Assembly: GCA_951406725.2 (NCBI GenBank)
Contig: OX597821.1
Location: 57,102,001-57,166,000, forward strand
Origin: Octopus vulgaris
Lineage: Eukaryota
Length of the DNA stretch: 64,000 nucleotides
Reading direction: 5' to 3'
The translations under genes and the position numbers were made by a program. Under the pieces are notes generated by a model that was not told where the DNA came from, ran no database searches, and saw nothing but the letters and a program-made list of their open reading frames with translations. Shown here piece by piece: positions 36,402 to 49,031 of this stretch. How positions within the stretch are numbered: position 1 is the first letter of the stretch; each line of letters opens with the position of its first letter.

Positions 36402-38631
36402 TACCTACCTGTCTGCATCTATTTAAGTTACCATGCAATCACCTTTGCTTCATCTTTCCGTCTGTCTCTCAATCATGTAAATACATACTCACTCATATAT
36501 ACACACGTACATGTTAGGATGAAAAAGTAATAATTGAAACATGTATTCAATATGTATAGAGTTCATTCATTACATCTATATTTATCTATCTATAAACATG
36601 TGCATGTGTGCACATACACATGTATGCACATATGCATGTGTGTGTGTGTGTGTGTGTTTGTAAATGTATGTCATTTATGCATATATGTTTCTTTTGTAAT
36701 GTACATGTGTATGTATGTATGCACATATGTGTTCAGAGATAAACTTGTGCTGTATATATACTCACTATATCTCAGTAGTTGACTAAATCTCTCTGTTGCA
36801 TTGGCACTTGTAAAAACCAATTTATATAATTTATTCTTTTCCATCATTTTTCTCTTTCTTTTTTTTTCCTCCTTCCCAATTTCCAGCTAAATAAGATCCA
36901 AGAACATTTTCCACTTTCACTTGGCATTCAAAAACAAAGAGAAAGATTTCAATCTCAGTTTTTTTGCCAAAATACAAATGTTTATATACTAATTTGGTAT
37001 CGTAAAATAATGACCCTGGTGTAAGACATCTAATATAATCAATCAAAACCTTCCCTATTAATCTGTTAATCTATTAATCTAGTTCCAACCGTTCTCAATA
37101 GTCAGAAACAATATGAGTGTTCTATAATTTGTCTTTGCTTCCCAGCATTGAGCCATGTCTTTTTAAAATGCTGTTTCATCAGTTTCCTACATTTAGAAGA
37201 TGTTTTACAGAGAACTGTTGGGGAGGGGTGCATGTGGGGTCCATTATATTTCTAAATAAATGGCTGTGTGGTTAAGAAACTTGCTTTGCAACCACATGGT
37301 TTTGGGTTCAGTCCTACTGTGTGGTACCTGGGACAAATGTCTTCTCCTATACCTATGGGCCGACCAATGCCTTGTGAGTGAATTTGGTAGATGGAAACTG
37401 AATGGGCGCCCATCATGTGTGTGTGTGTGTGTGTTTGTATTTGTCTTGCACAATCGCTTGGTAACCAGTGTTGGTTTGTTTATGTCTCTATAACTTAACA
37501 ATCCAACAAAAGAGGTCGATAAAATAAGTAGCAGGCTTGAAAAAACTTAGTGGTGGGGTCAGTTTGTTTAAACTTTTCAAGATGGTGCTCCAGCATGGCT
37601 GCAGCGCAGTGACTGAAAAGAAATGTATGTCTGACATAGTCAGCCCCTTTAGTGCCAATGCCACTGAGAATACATTGGGTCTCTGACACAAATTTCCTGT
37701 TTTAATGAAGATTTATAGGAAATCCTATTGTTCCATTCAAAGTTCGTTTTAGCATGTAGCATTTTGCTCATCTTCCCATTCTCAGTTCATATTCTGCCAA
37801 AGGTCAACATTGCCATTCATCTTTTTAGGGTTGGCAAAGTAAATACAAGTTGAGCATGTGGGGTTGATGTAAATGACATACTACCCCCACCCCACCCCGA
37901 ATTGCTGGCCTTGTGCCAAAATTTGAAGCTGATTTATGTTTCAAACAACAGTTTGATATTGGTAAAGTAATTTTTGGAAATTTTTCCTGATTTTCAAAAC
38001 AAATTGAAACCAAGGCAATGTGTTTCCACAGAAATCATCATTACCATCGTTTAACATTTGCTTTCCATAGGTTGGACAGTTTGACATGGAGCTGTCCATA
38101 CTCCGACTGTCTGTTGTGGCATGATTTCTATGGTTAGATGCCCTTCCTAACGCTAACCACTTAACAGAGTGTCTTAGGTGCCTTTTATGTGCCACTGACC
38201 AAAGGTCTTTTTCTTTTCTTTAGCCCTAGGATTCATAAGACTGGTTCCCTGATTTCTATGGCATATAAATGATTGAAGTCACAACCTTGCCCCTGAACAG
38301 AATGCTGGTTCATTGCAGCATTCAAGGCCAGCCATTTTGAGAGGAGGGTCAAGTCTATTACATTAACACCAGTAGTTAACTGGTACTTTATTATATAAAT
38401 CCTCAAGGGATGAAAAGCAAAGTTGACTTCAGCAGAATTTGAGCTCAGAACACAAAGAACTGGAAGAAATACCATCAGACATTTTGTCTAACATGTAAAC
38501 GATTCTGCCAGCTCACTGCCTTCACAAAAGGGTTAAATGATTCTCAAACATGGGTAATTTATTTATCACAGCATGGTCCTTCTTAGGATTAAGACCCTAT
38601 GCTGAGACATCAGAATTCACTACTCCTTTAA

Positions 38632-38992
38632 CCCTTTTGTTACTATATTTATTTTGAGATGTTCTGTGTTTCTTTCAATTAATTTTAAATATAACAGAGT
38701 ATTTAGTAAAAATAACTTAGTAAAATTTACCCTTTGAGCCCTTATCTCCTGGACCTTATTTTATCATATACCTGGCACTCCACCAGTGCTACGGTATAGA
38801 TTGGTGCTATGGTATAGAGAAAAATAAACTATCCACTGTTAAACCAATGTTATGGGTTCAAAGGGTTAAGCTAGTGTTAGGAACATAAATTGTGACTAAG
38901 GTTTGGTGGAAGATTTTAATTCAAAACTTATGAAAACAAGACATTTGTATTCAGAGCCAGAGGTGGTTTCAGCCGGGTTGGTATCAAACGGT
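38632..38992. mobile_element. piggyBac-type (TTAA) MITE containing a nested TTAA MITE at 38730-38865
   Basis: TTAA-CCCTTTTG ... CAAACGGT-TTAA, an inverted copy of 40158-40378. The nested element has CCCTTTGAGCCC/GGGTTCAAAGGG ends followed by TTAA. Confidence 0.8.
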
Positions 38993-39904
38993 TTAAAGAG
39001 TTTATACTCTTCATAAACTTACTTTATTTTAAAATTATTAAAACCATTTGACGTTTACACAGACTGTCACCAGTTTCCTTGGTTACTGTGATTTAAAAAA
39101 AATTCTAATTAATAACAGAGTGAGAAGCTACTTAACTTTAATGACCATCAGTTGTTTCATGGAAAGTTAACCTAGAATTTCATTGATATAGTTATAAAAA
39201 AAAAGACAAACAAACCAACAAAAGACCTCTGCATTCAATGTCTAATAGTGACTAGAAAATTAATAAACTCTTCATGGCAGTTTATATTTCCTGTCACAGT
39301 TCTCAATGTTGATTTGTTTTTATAATGGAAGTGCTAAGACTCTAGATGTTAATAGTGTTTAGAAGTATGGCTGTGTGGTTAAGAAGCCTGTGGCTTTGTT
39401 TCAGTCCCACTATGCAGCATTTTAGGTAAGCGTCGTCTACTATAACTCTGGGTCAACCTATGCCCTGCAATTGAATTTGGTTGCCAGAAACCATGTGGAA
39501 GCCTCTGTGTGAGTGTGTGTATTTGCCCCATTTCTGGTCACTACCCAACAACTGGTGTTTGTTTGTTTATTTCCATATAACTTTGACAACAGTTTGACAA
39601 CAGAGACTGGTATAAAAAAAAAAAAGTATCAAACTTTAAAAATACATCAGTTCTAGGAGCAACTTCTTAGAGTAAAATCCTTCAAGGCAGTGCCCCAGCA
39701 TGGCCACAGTTCACTGACTGAAACAAATAAAGGATGGTGTTTATGTTCAGTAGTTTACTACTGAATATAAACTATTGACAAAATCCCTTGTAACTCTGAT
39801 TTCACAGCGAAATGAAATACATATGAATGGGAGCCTGTACATTTACTTATAAATTTTTATTTATTCCAGAAAGTAGTCATTCAGTGGCAGAGCAAGATGC
39901 TTAA

Positions 39905-40124
39905 CCCTTTCGTTACCATTCCAGCTGAAACCAGCTCTGACTCTCAGTACAAATGTCTTGTTTTCATAAGTTTTGAATTAAAATCTTCCACCAAACCTTG
40001 GTCACAATTTTAACTCCTAACACTAGCTTAATGAAACCCAAGTTATTTTACTAAATTCTTTGTTATATTTAAAGCAATTGAAAGAAACATAGAGCATCTC
40101 ACAATAAATACAGTAACGAAAGGG
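39905..40124. mobile_element. piggyBac-type (TTAA) MITE
   Basis: TTAA-CCCTTTCGTTAC ... GTAACGAAAGGG-TTAA. Confidence 0.88.
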
Positions 40125-40157
40125 TTAAAGTTGGAGAGAGAATAAGGTGGGCCTTAA

Positions 40158-40378
40158 CCCTTTTGATACCAACCTGGCTGAAACCACCTCTGGCTCTGAG
40201 TACAAATGTCTTGTTTTCATAAATTTTGAATTAAAATCTTCCACCAAACCTTAGTCAAAATTTATGTTCCTAACACTAGCTTAATGACAACTAAGTTATT
40301 TTACTAAATTCTTTGTTATATTTGAAGTAATTGAAAGGAACACAAAGCATCTCAAAATAAATATTTGTAACGAAACGG
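40158..40378. mobile_element. piggyBac-type (TTAA) MITE, same family
   Basis: TTAA-CCCTTTTGATAC ... GTAACGAAACGG-TTAA; near-identical to 39905-40124. Confidence 0.85.
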
Positions 40379-40679
40379 TTAAAGGATTAAATTTTGTATA
40401 AACAATAGCCAAGATGAAAATTTTAGAAAAGGGAAGCCTGTAACTTGCAAATATTTTATGATGATGTAACTCTAATTTCTTCCTTTGTGGACAGATTTTT
40501 TTAAATGAAATTGTTATTTCAAGCCAATAAAATAGCTGTGACTTATCATTTTAGGATTGTAAATTAAATCTAAATTGTTATCAGTAAAATTGTTATCTTG
40601 CTTCTTTTTTTTTTATTAACATTTTATTTAGAATTACTGATCATGTGATGATGATATATAGTTCATGTTGTACTATTGT

Positions 40680-41347
40680 GTGTATGTATGTGAGTGTGCT
40701 TGTAATGTATATGTGTGTGTGTATGTTTTTATGTATGTAATATATGTAAAGTATGTGCATGTATGTAATGTATGTGTGTGTATGTAATGTATGTGTGTGT
40801 GTGTAATGTATGTGTGTGTGTGTATGTAATGTATGTGTGTGTATGTAATGTATGTGTATATGTGTGTATGTAATGTATGTGTATGTGTGCGTATGTAATG
40901 TATGTGTGTATGTAATGTATGTGTGTGTATGTAATGTATGTGTATGTATGTAATGTATGTGTATGTGTGTGTATGTAATGTATGTGTGTGTATGTAATGT
41001 ATGTGTGTGTATGTAATGTATGTGTATGTGTGTGTATGTAATGTATGTATGTGTGTGTGTATGTAATGTATGTATATGTGTGTGTATGTAATGTATGTAT
41101 GTGTGAGTGCATGTAATGTATGTATGTGTGTGTGTATGTAATGTGTGTGTGTGTATGTAATGTAGGTATGTGTGTGTATGTAATGTATGTGTGTGTATGT
41201 AATGTATGTATATGTGTGTGTATGTAATGTATGTATATGTGTGCATATGCTTTGTATGTATGTATTTGTGTGTTATATATTTAGATATTTGTCTTTCCAC
41301 ACGCACACATATCCACACGTGCACACACACACACACACACACACACA
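40680..41347. repeat. Compound micro/minisatellite, unit TATGTAATGTA(TG)n
   Basis: More than 20 copies of TATGTAATG separated by variable TG/TA runs. Confidence 0.9.
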
Positions 41348-42092
41348 AATATAAATAATTTCATTTACGTCATGACCTCTGCAATTTACGCACGCTTACA
41401 CTTTATTTATTTCTAATGTGCAGTAGCAGCAGCAGCCGACCAACTTTAAAGACCAGATGATACTGATGATTAAATTCTAATTATTTCTATGTATCTAATC
41501 ACTTAACGATTTAAGCGAAATGCAAAAAATCTCTGTCTTTTACTTGTTTCACTCATTAGAGTGTGGCCATGCTGGGGCACCACCTTGAAAGGTTTTAGTG
41601 AAACAAATTCATACCAGTACTTATCTTATCAGTCTTCTTTGCCAAACGACTAAGTTATGGGGATATAAACAAAGCAACACCAGTTGTCAGGTAGAAACAC
41701 AGATGCAAAGATACATGCACATGCATACATATGTATGATGGGCTTCCACACAGTTTCCATCTACCAAATTCACTCCCAAGTCATTGGTTGACCTAGGGCT
41801 ATAGTAGAAGATATTTTTCTAAGGTGCCATGCAGTGGGACTGAACCCTAAACCATGTGGTTGGGAAGCAGACTTCTTAACCGCACAGTCATGTCGGCACT
41901 TGTGTATGTGTTCAAAGAAAGATGCTTGCTGCAATCAGTGTTGTTGTTTCACTCGTCAACAAATTATCCTTTTGCTTTGTGCGTTTAGAAACATAGAGAA
42001 TATGTAATCCTTTACTTCAAAGCAGGTAAGGGTTAGTGGCAGGGTGAGCATCCATCTGTAAAACAATGCCTCATTAATATATTCGTCTAACC

Positions 42093-42227
42093 CAGTGTTT
42101 CTCAACCTTTTTACTTTTGTGTAACCCTTAAAAATAAATTGCATATCTCAAGGAACCCCTGCACAGGAAAAAATTATATACCATATCTTTCTCATATTTT
42201 TTCATTGTAGTTCACATGGTAAATATC

Positions 42228-42263
<36 letters not shown>

Positions 42264-42732
42264 GTGCCAGTGGCACGTAAAAAGCACCAGCCGATCGTGG
42301 CTGTTTGCCAGCCTCATCTGGCACCTGTGCCGGTGGCATGTAAAAAGCACCCACTACACTCATGGAGTGGTTGGCATTAGGAAGGGCATCCAGCCATAGA
42401 AACATTGCCAGATCAGACTGGGCCTGGTGCAGCCTTCTGGCTTCCCAGACGCCAGTTGCACCATCCAACCCATGCCAGCATGGAAAGCGGACACTAAACG
42501 ATGATTACAGACATCACTAAATATATCCCCAATGGTTGTTATATATTTTTAGATAACATAGTAGATTAAATAGGATGATGTCTATATTACAGTAACCAAT
42601 AATATGTTGTGCATGTATAGTAATATTACAATCATGAAATTAGCATTAGCTTATCTCACTCTTTCTTGCGGACCCTCTAGGAACCTTTTGCAGAACCCTA
42701 GGGTTCCAGGAAACCCCAATTGAGAAACGCTG
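42093..42732. mobile_element. hAT-type non-autonomous element with a nested family C retroposon (42264-42505)
   Basis: TIRs CAGTGTTTCTCAA / TTGAGAAACGCTG; 8-bp TSD GTCTAACC / ATCTAACC. Confidence 0.85.
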
Positions 42733-43025
42733 ATCTAACCCATACTAGTTTGGGAGAATAGATGTAAAAATGCACAAAAATCATTCTTCTATTGCTTACA
42801 ACATTGAACTATAATTTTCCATTTATCTTTTATTTTGTTTCATTCATTAGACTGTGGCCATGTTGGGGCACCGCTTTGAGGGATTTTAATCAAATGAATC
42901 AACTCCAGTCCTTTTCTTCTACAGCCAGTATTCTATTGGTCTCTTTTATTAAACCACTAAGTCCTCAAGTGGTGATGGGGGACAAACTCACACACAAAGA
43001 TATATATATATATATATATTCTTCG

Positions 43026-43064
<39 letters not shown>

Positions 43065-43160
43065 GAAAAAAGGCGTTCAGAATGCTTGATGGTTGTATAT
43101 AAAAAAATATATATATTTATTTACATATCACATATTATTTCTTCAAATCAGATATTTAAT

Positions 43161-43210
43161 TACATATTTAAGCGCTTTCTACCACTACTGTAGTTTCATC
43201 AGAAATGTAA
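43161..43210 (-). ncRNA. Minimal hammerhead-like motif in a Penelope pseudo-LTR-like segment
   Basis: Minus strand TTACATTT-CTGATGA-aactacagtagtggta-GAAA-GCGC-TT-AAATATGTA, with palindromic AAGCGCTT and AATAAA about 40 nt downstream. Stem II is weak. Confidence 0.55.
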
Positions 43211-43675
43211 GTTTGCAGAGTTTTGCCTGTTTTTATATTATTGCTGAATGAAATGGGGAGAGAGAGAGTGTGTGTGTGTGTGGAAAAGAAATCCTTCAAA
43301 GGGATGTTTTAAACATCCAATTCGCTGGTACTGGACCTGGAATCATGTGGTTGGGAAGCACTGGAGCTTGGTGGACAAAGTTAGCAAGAATTAAATGGTC
43401 TTGCTTAAGGATACAGAACCACTGCCAAGGATAGTAAACAAACACCTTCCTGACAGCCTGTGGCAGTTCACTGGATATATGGAGAAACAAACATAATCTG
43501 GTGATGTATTTTTTTTTATTTTTCATTTGTTTCTGTCATTAAACTGTGGCCATGCTGGAACATCACCCAGAAAGGTTTTTAGTTGAACAGATTTATCCCA
43601 GTATTTTCAAAGTCTGATATTTATTTCATTGGTCTCTTTTTCTGAGCTGCTAAGTTACTGGAAGATAAACATATA

Positions 43676-44056
43676 GGTGCAGGAGTGGCTGTGTGGTAAG
43701 AAGCTTGCCTCCCAACCGCATGGTTCTGGGTTCAGTCCCACTGCATGGCACCTTGGGCAAGTGTCTTCTACTATATTCTTGGGCCGACCAAAGCCTTGTG
43801 AGTGGATTTGGTAGATGGAAACTGAAAGTAGCCTATCATATGTGCGTGTGTGTGTATTTGCATGTGCGTCTGTGTTTGCCCCCCCCCACTGTCACTTGAC
43901 AACCAACGTTGGTGTATTTACGTCCCTGTAACTTAGCGGTTTGGCAAAAGAGACCAATAGTATAAATACTAGGCTTACAAAGAATAAGTCCTTGGGGTCG
44001 ATTAGTTTGGCTAAATGCGGTGCTCAATCATAGCTGCAGTCAAATGACTGAAACAA
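43676..44056 (+). mobile_element. SINE family A
   Basis: Full-length copy. Confidence 0.87.
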
Positions 44057-45248
44057 GGGGAAGAAGAAAAGAAGAATACCAATGGCAGTTATCAAGGACA
44101 TAGATACAGTCATGCACAAACACACTCACATGGTTCCATGTAATTTCTGTCCATTCACAAGACTCTGGTTGAGTTGGAACTATAGTAGAATATACTTCCC
44201 ACAGATGCCACACAGTGGAGCTGAACCCGAAACCATGTGATTGGTAAGCAAGCTTCTTACTGCACAGCTACACCTTCTGATTTAAAATAAACAATACCAG
44301 TTATATGTTACCAGCCTATACGTAACCACCTCAAGCATTAAGTCATAATCTCATAGACAAGTGTGTATGAGACATCAATGTGTGTAGCAATGATGGGATG
44401 TAGAAAGCTGTTTAGAATGACATCACTCTAGTCAGCCTGTTGTTGATGCTGAACAATGCATATAAATGAATTTATATTATTTTATTATAATACTTGAGAG
44501 CCAGACCAGAAAGGAATGGATTATAATTCCTTCTGTTTATTTGTTTAATGATTAATTGCTTCATGTTTATACTGATATTTATAATCCACTGATAAACTGA
44601 ATTCCTATTGTATTTGTAATTCTTTGACAAGACAACTTGGTGAATAATCCTTAATTCTCTTGTGGAGGGAAGAAACCAGCAAAACATTAAAACAAAGCAA
44701 ACAAAACGAAATCCAATGCCAATGTTTGTATAGACAAAGTGGAGAATTTATAGACTGGAAAGGCACTGGCTTGGCTGTGTGGTTAAGCAGTTTGATTTTC
44801 AATCTCCTGGTTCTGGGTCCAGTCTCACTGCATGGGATCATGGGCAGGTGTCTTCTACTATATCCTTGGGTTGGCCAAAGTGTTGTGAATGGATTTGGTA
44901 AATGGAAACTGAAAGAAGCCTCTCAAGACAAGGAGACACAAACATGTATACACTCTCTTGCACACATCATCATCATCATTTAATGTCCATTGTCCATGCT
45001 AGAAGGAGTTGGATGGTTTGACCAGAACTGGCAAGCTGGAAGACTGTACCAGACTCCAGTCTGATTTGGCATCGTTTTTTACAGCTGGTGCTTTTATATG
45101 CCACTGGCACGGGTGCCATTTGCGTGACACCAGCATATGCCATGACTGTGATTTTGCTTGGCTTGATGGGTCTTCTTCTCAAGCTCAGCATAATGCCAAA
45201 GGTCACGGTCATTGCCTCCACAAGGCCCATTGCTTGAAATGAGCTCAG

Positions 45249-45577
45249 CGTCACTTTGCCTAGCATCACTTTTGCCTAGCATCACTTTTGCCTAGCATCA
45301 CTTTGCCCAACATCACTTTGCCCAGCGTCACTTTGCCTGGCATCACTTTGCCCAATGTCACTTTGTCCATGTCTTTTGGTCTGACATCGTTTTGTCCAGT
45401 AACTTTTTTTTTGTCCAACGACTTTCTGTCCAATTTTAAATGAACTCATTAGAAAACAAGGTGAACATCAAAATCAAATAATAATTGAGAATTTTATAGA
45501 TAGGATTTGTTGTCAAACAAAAAAAAAAAATTGTCTGACCAAAAGACGTGGACAAAAAGATGTTTGACAAAGTGACG
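45249..45577. repeat. Foldback-like element with 15-16 bp subterminal tandem repeats
   Basis: About 8 copies of TCACTTT(T)GCCYRRCR on the left; inverted CAAAGTGACG and GACCAAAAGACGTGGACAAA on the right. Confidence 0.65.
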
Positions 45578-46413
45578 TTATATGAAAAGACATAGCACCA
45601 CATGTAAGAGTGTAGAGTAAAGACTAAGACAGGTTTTAGAGAAGTATATTCCTTATTTTGGCTGCCAGCATTCACCTAGGATGGATGAAATTCAGCTCTG
45701 TTCCAACCAACATTATGAACAAAAGATGACAACATTGCAAATAAAGGCTGATAGCATTGAGAATAGAAACAGACTGCGCCCAGCAGGCAATCACAGATGG
45801 CCCACACAAAGGCTCATCGGCTGGTTGTGTTTTCGCACACTTTTCGGAAGAGTTAGATTTATTCAAGATAAAGTAAATTGTTCAATAAACATTAGATAAT
45901 GACTGTATCTGTCATTTGTTTGCTGTACAGATTTTGCTGATAAAAATATTGGGAAATGGTGGGACAAAGAGTGATGATTAATTAATTAATTAATTAATGA
46001 ACAACATATGTTGGGGTATTTGATACATCATCATCACTGCTGCCTCAAACACCACCACCACCGTTATCACAGCCGTGCCATCACCATCGTCGCTATCACC
46101 ACCATAATCATCATCATCATCACCAAAACCACTACAATTATTATCATCATTATTGTTGTTATCACTGTCATCATCATTATTATTACTGAGACAAAAATAC
46201 TAACTACAGTAAGTAAGAGTGGGTTTTCTTGTTTTTTTTTTCCCCCTTGAGACTTTTATTAGTCCAAATAAGCCATTGGCTGATGGTATTAGAGGTTGCT
46301 GTTCTTTAACTTCTGCAATAATTGACCTAATTTGTTGTAGTTTTCCAAGATCACTCCATGTAATTCGAAGGAGGTTTGACTGCTATTTCTAGTAGAACAG
46401 GCAACAATGGTAG

Positions 46414-46841
46414 TTTAGAAAGTTACTATTTGTAAATCTCATAATGAGAGATATTCAGCGACAGTACTTTGGAGCAAACAATCTTTACTCCAAAGAACTG
46501 TTGCTGAATATCTCTCGTTATGAGATTTACAAATAGTAATTTTCTAATTTATAGATCAGTGACTAGTAGGTACTTTGGGAACTAGATATTTTGAATGGGA
46601 ATTTGGCAGCACCACCTTTAGCTGAACAATTATTCTGTGCTGATGAAGGGAAATAACCTGGAAATCGTGATGCACAGATATTGTTTTGAGCTCAGTAGGG
46701 GTGCTAGATTTCCTTGTTCAAAAATATAAAGACACAGATCATGTTGTATAGCCAGCTGGATGTGATGTCTCCTGGGGCTAAATTACAGCAACATTCATCC
46801 TAAACCAGGACTGCCATATGTAGGCAAACAATTCTTTACTC
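46414..46841 (+). mobile_element. Retrozyme-like element: 350-nt monomer with terminal redundancy, 5' inversion and hammerhead-like motif
   Basis: TSD CAATGGTAG (46405-46413, 46842-46850); direct repeat GCAAACAAT(T)CTTTACTCCA at 46474 and 46824. 46415-46473 is the reverse complement of 46488-46547. TCTGTG-CTGATGA...GAAA-TCGTGA-TG-CACAGA lies at 46634-46678. Confidence 0.72.
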
Positions 46842-48500
46842 CAATGGTAGCTTTTCCTTTTCCTTGATGATGTCTTGGCAGATGACAAGGAGCTTAGTTT
46901 GGCCTTTGTAGTATATCTTATCTCACTACAATACATGTGTGCATTTATGTATGTATGTTGTGTGTGTGTGTATATATGTATCATCATCTAATGTCAGTTT
47001 TCCATGCTGGTATGGACTGGACGGTTTGACCAAAGCTGGAGAGCTGTACCAGGTTCCAGTCTGATCTGGTATGGTTCCTATGGCAGGATGCCCTTTACAG
47101 AGTGTGCTGGGTGCTTTTATATGGCACTGCACGTGTATGGCACCAGAAGGGGTGATTTTTACATGGCACTGGCACAGGACTCCTCATCAGGGGGTTCAAT
47201 CATGTACACAAGTGTGTGTATATATATGTATTATATGTGGGTGTGTGTGGGTGTGTATACATGTATTATGTATGTGTGTGTGTGTGTATACATATGTGTG
47301 TGTGTGTATATATATATGTGTGTGTGTGTGTATTGGTGTGTAGTGTCAGTGTGCATGTACAACAGTGTGTAAGCACCTTAAGAGAAAACCTGGGCATAAG
47401 AGGCATCAGATGTGGTGTGCAAGAGAGATGACTGTGCTGGTATGGTCATGTGATGCCTATGAACGAGGAGAGCTGTGTTAAGAAGTGCCAATCTCTAACT
47501 GTGGAGGCAATCTGTGGAAGTGGTGGACCTAGTGGTAAGTAGCTTGCTTCCCAACCACATGGTTCCGGGTTCAGTCCCACTGCATGACACCTTGGGCAAG
47601 TGTCTCCTACTATAGCCTTCTGTAATAATCCATAATAGTTATGTGTAAAATCCATTATATTGTCGTTTATTCCAAATATAGTTCATAGACTTAGATAATA
47701 TAGAATAACGGAATCTCATACTAAAGTCTACTTACCAAAATCAAAAGCAGTAATTTTAAATTTTTAATTTATATTTGAAACAAACACCATTTTATCATAT
47801 TATTTCATATTTAAAAAAAACAAACTACTATTCGATAAATTATACAAAATTCAAATTTTATATCTCTGAAGAGCAGAATAGTTGTCTATAAATGCTTATC
47901 AATATAGGATTCCATTATAGGGAGAGTACTTCTGCGAAATGATTGCAAGATGCTTTAAAAACTTAATTCAAAACTTTTAAACTGTCATATATATTATATA
48001 TTTATACTTATACATATTTACATATATTTATATATATTTATATTTGTAATACAACAATTATTTTACACATGTACATAACTTTCTGAAGAATTTTCTAATA
48101 TTGATTTCCTGATATCAATAATAATATATTATAAAATATATATAATCGCTTGTATTAAATACATAAATATTTTAATAGTGTTAATACTTTCATACAATAG
48201 AGCACTCAATATAAGTTTAGTATATATTATTCTCATTGAATATATTTAACCAAAGATTTATATATATATATATATATATATGTAAATGTCTGTGTGTCTG
48301 TGTTTGTCCCCCCCCACCATCACTTTACAGTCGATGTTGGTGTGTTTACATCCCCGTAACTTAGCAGTTCGGCAAAAAACCCCGATAGAATAAGTACTAG
48401 GTGTACAAAGAATAAGTCCTGGAGTCAATTTGTTCAACTAAAGGCGATGCTCCAGAATGTCCACAGTCAAATGACTGAAACAAATAAAAGAATATATATA

Positions 48501-49004
48501 TCTATATATATAAAACTCTAGTTGTGTGAGTGTCTGTCCCCTTCGATTTAGATTCCTAACTCCTCCCACATTTTGCGGTGCAGTTTAACCAAATTCGGGT
48601 ATCTTATAGTCGTGATTCATATCAAGCCCGTCTGACTATTAGCGTGCGTCAACGATGAGTCTACGATTTAAAAAATAATTTAACATCATTTTTTATTCCA
48701 TTTTAATGCATAAAATGCATCATGTGTCAATGGCGGCGGAGTTGGCGTCCACGCTCACAGCTGCACCTGTTTGCTTCTCCCCCTTCCCTCCCTCGTGAAG
48801 TTGTAGGGAAGGGAGTGTAAAGAAATCAACGTCATAATGCGTTGTGAAGGAAACCAGCGTTCTTTTAGAATAACGACTTCATGGCTTGAAGACACCAAAA
48901 CAAAAATGGCTAAGAAAGCCCGAATTTATAAGGGAAGTAACTCTCTAAAAATGCTTATATAGTTATTTCCCTTACAAACCCGAGACGCCGGGCGATACTG
49001 CTAG
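48501..49004 (+). mobile_element. Non-autonomous Helitron
   Basis: A|TC 5' end, GC-rich subterminal hairpin CCCG-agacgc-CGGG, 3' CTAG|T, no TSD. Confidence 0.82.
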
Positions 49005-49031
49005 TATATATATAAAAATTATATATGTATA

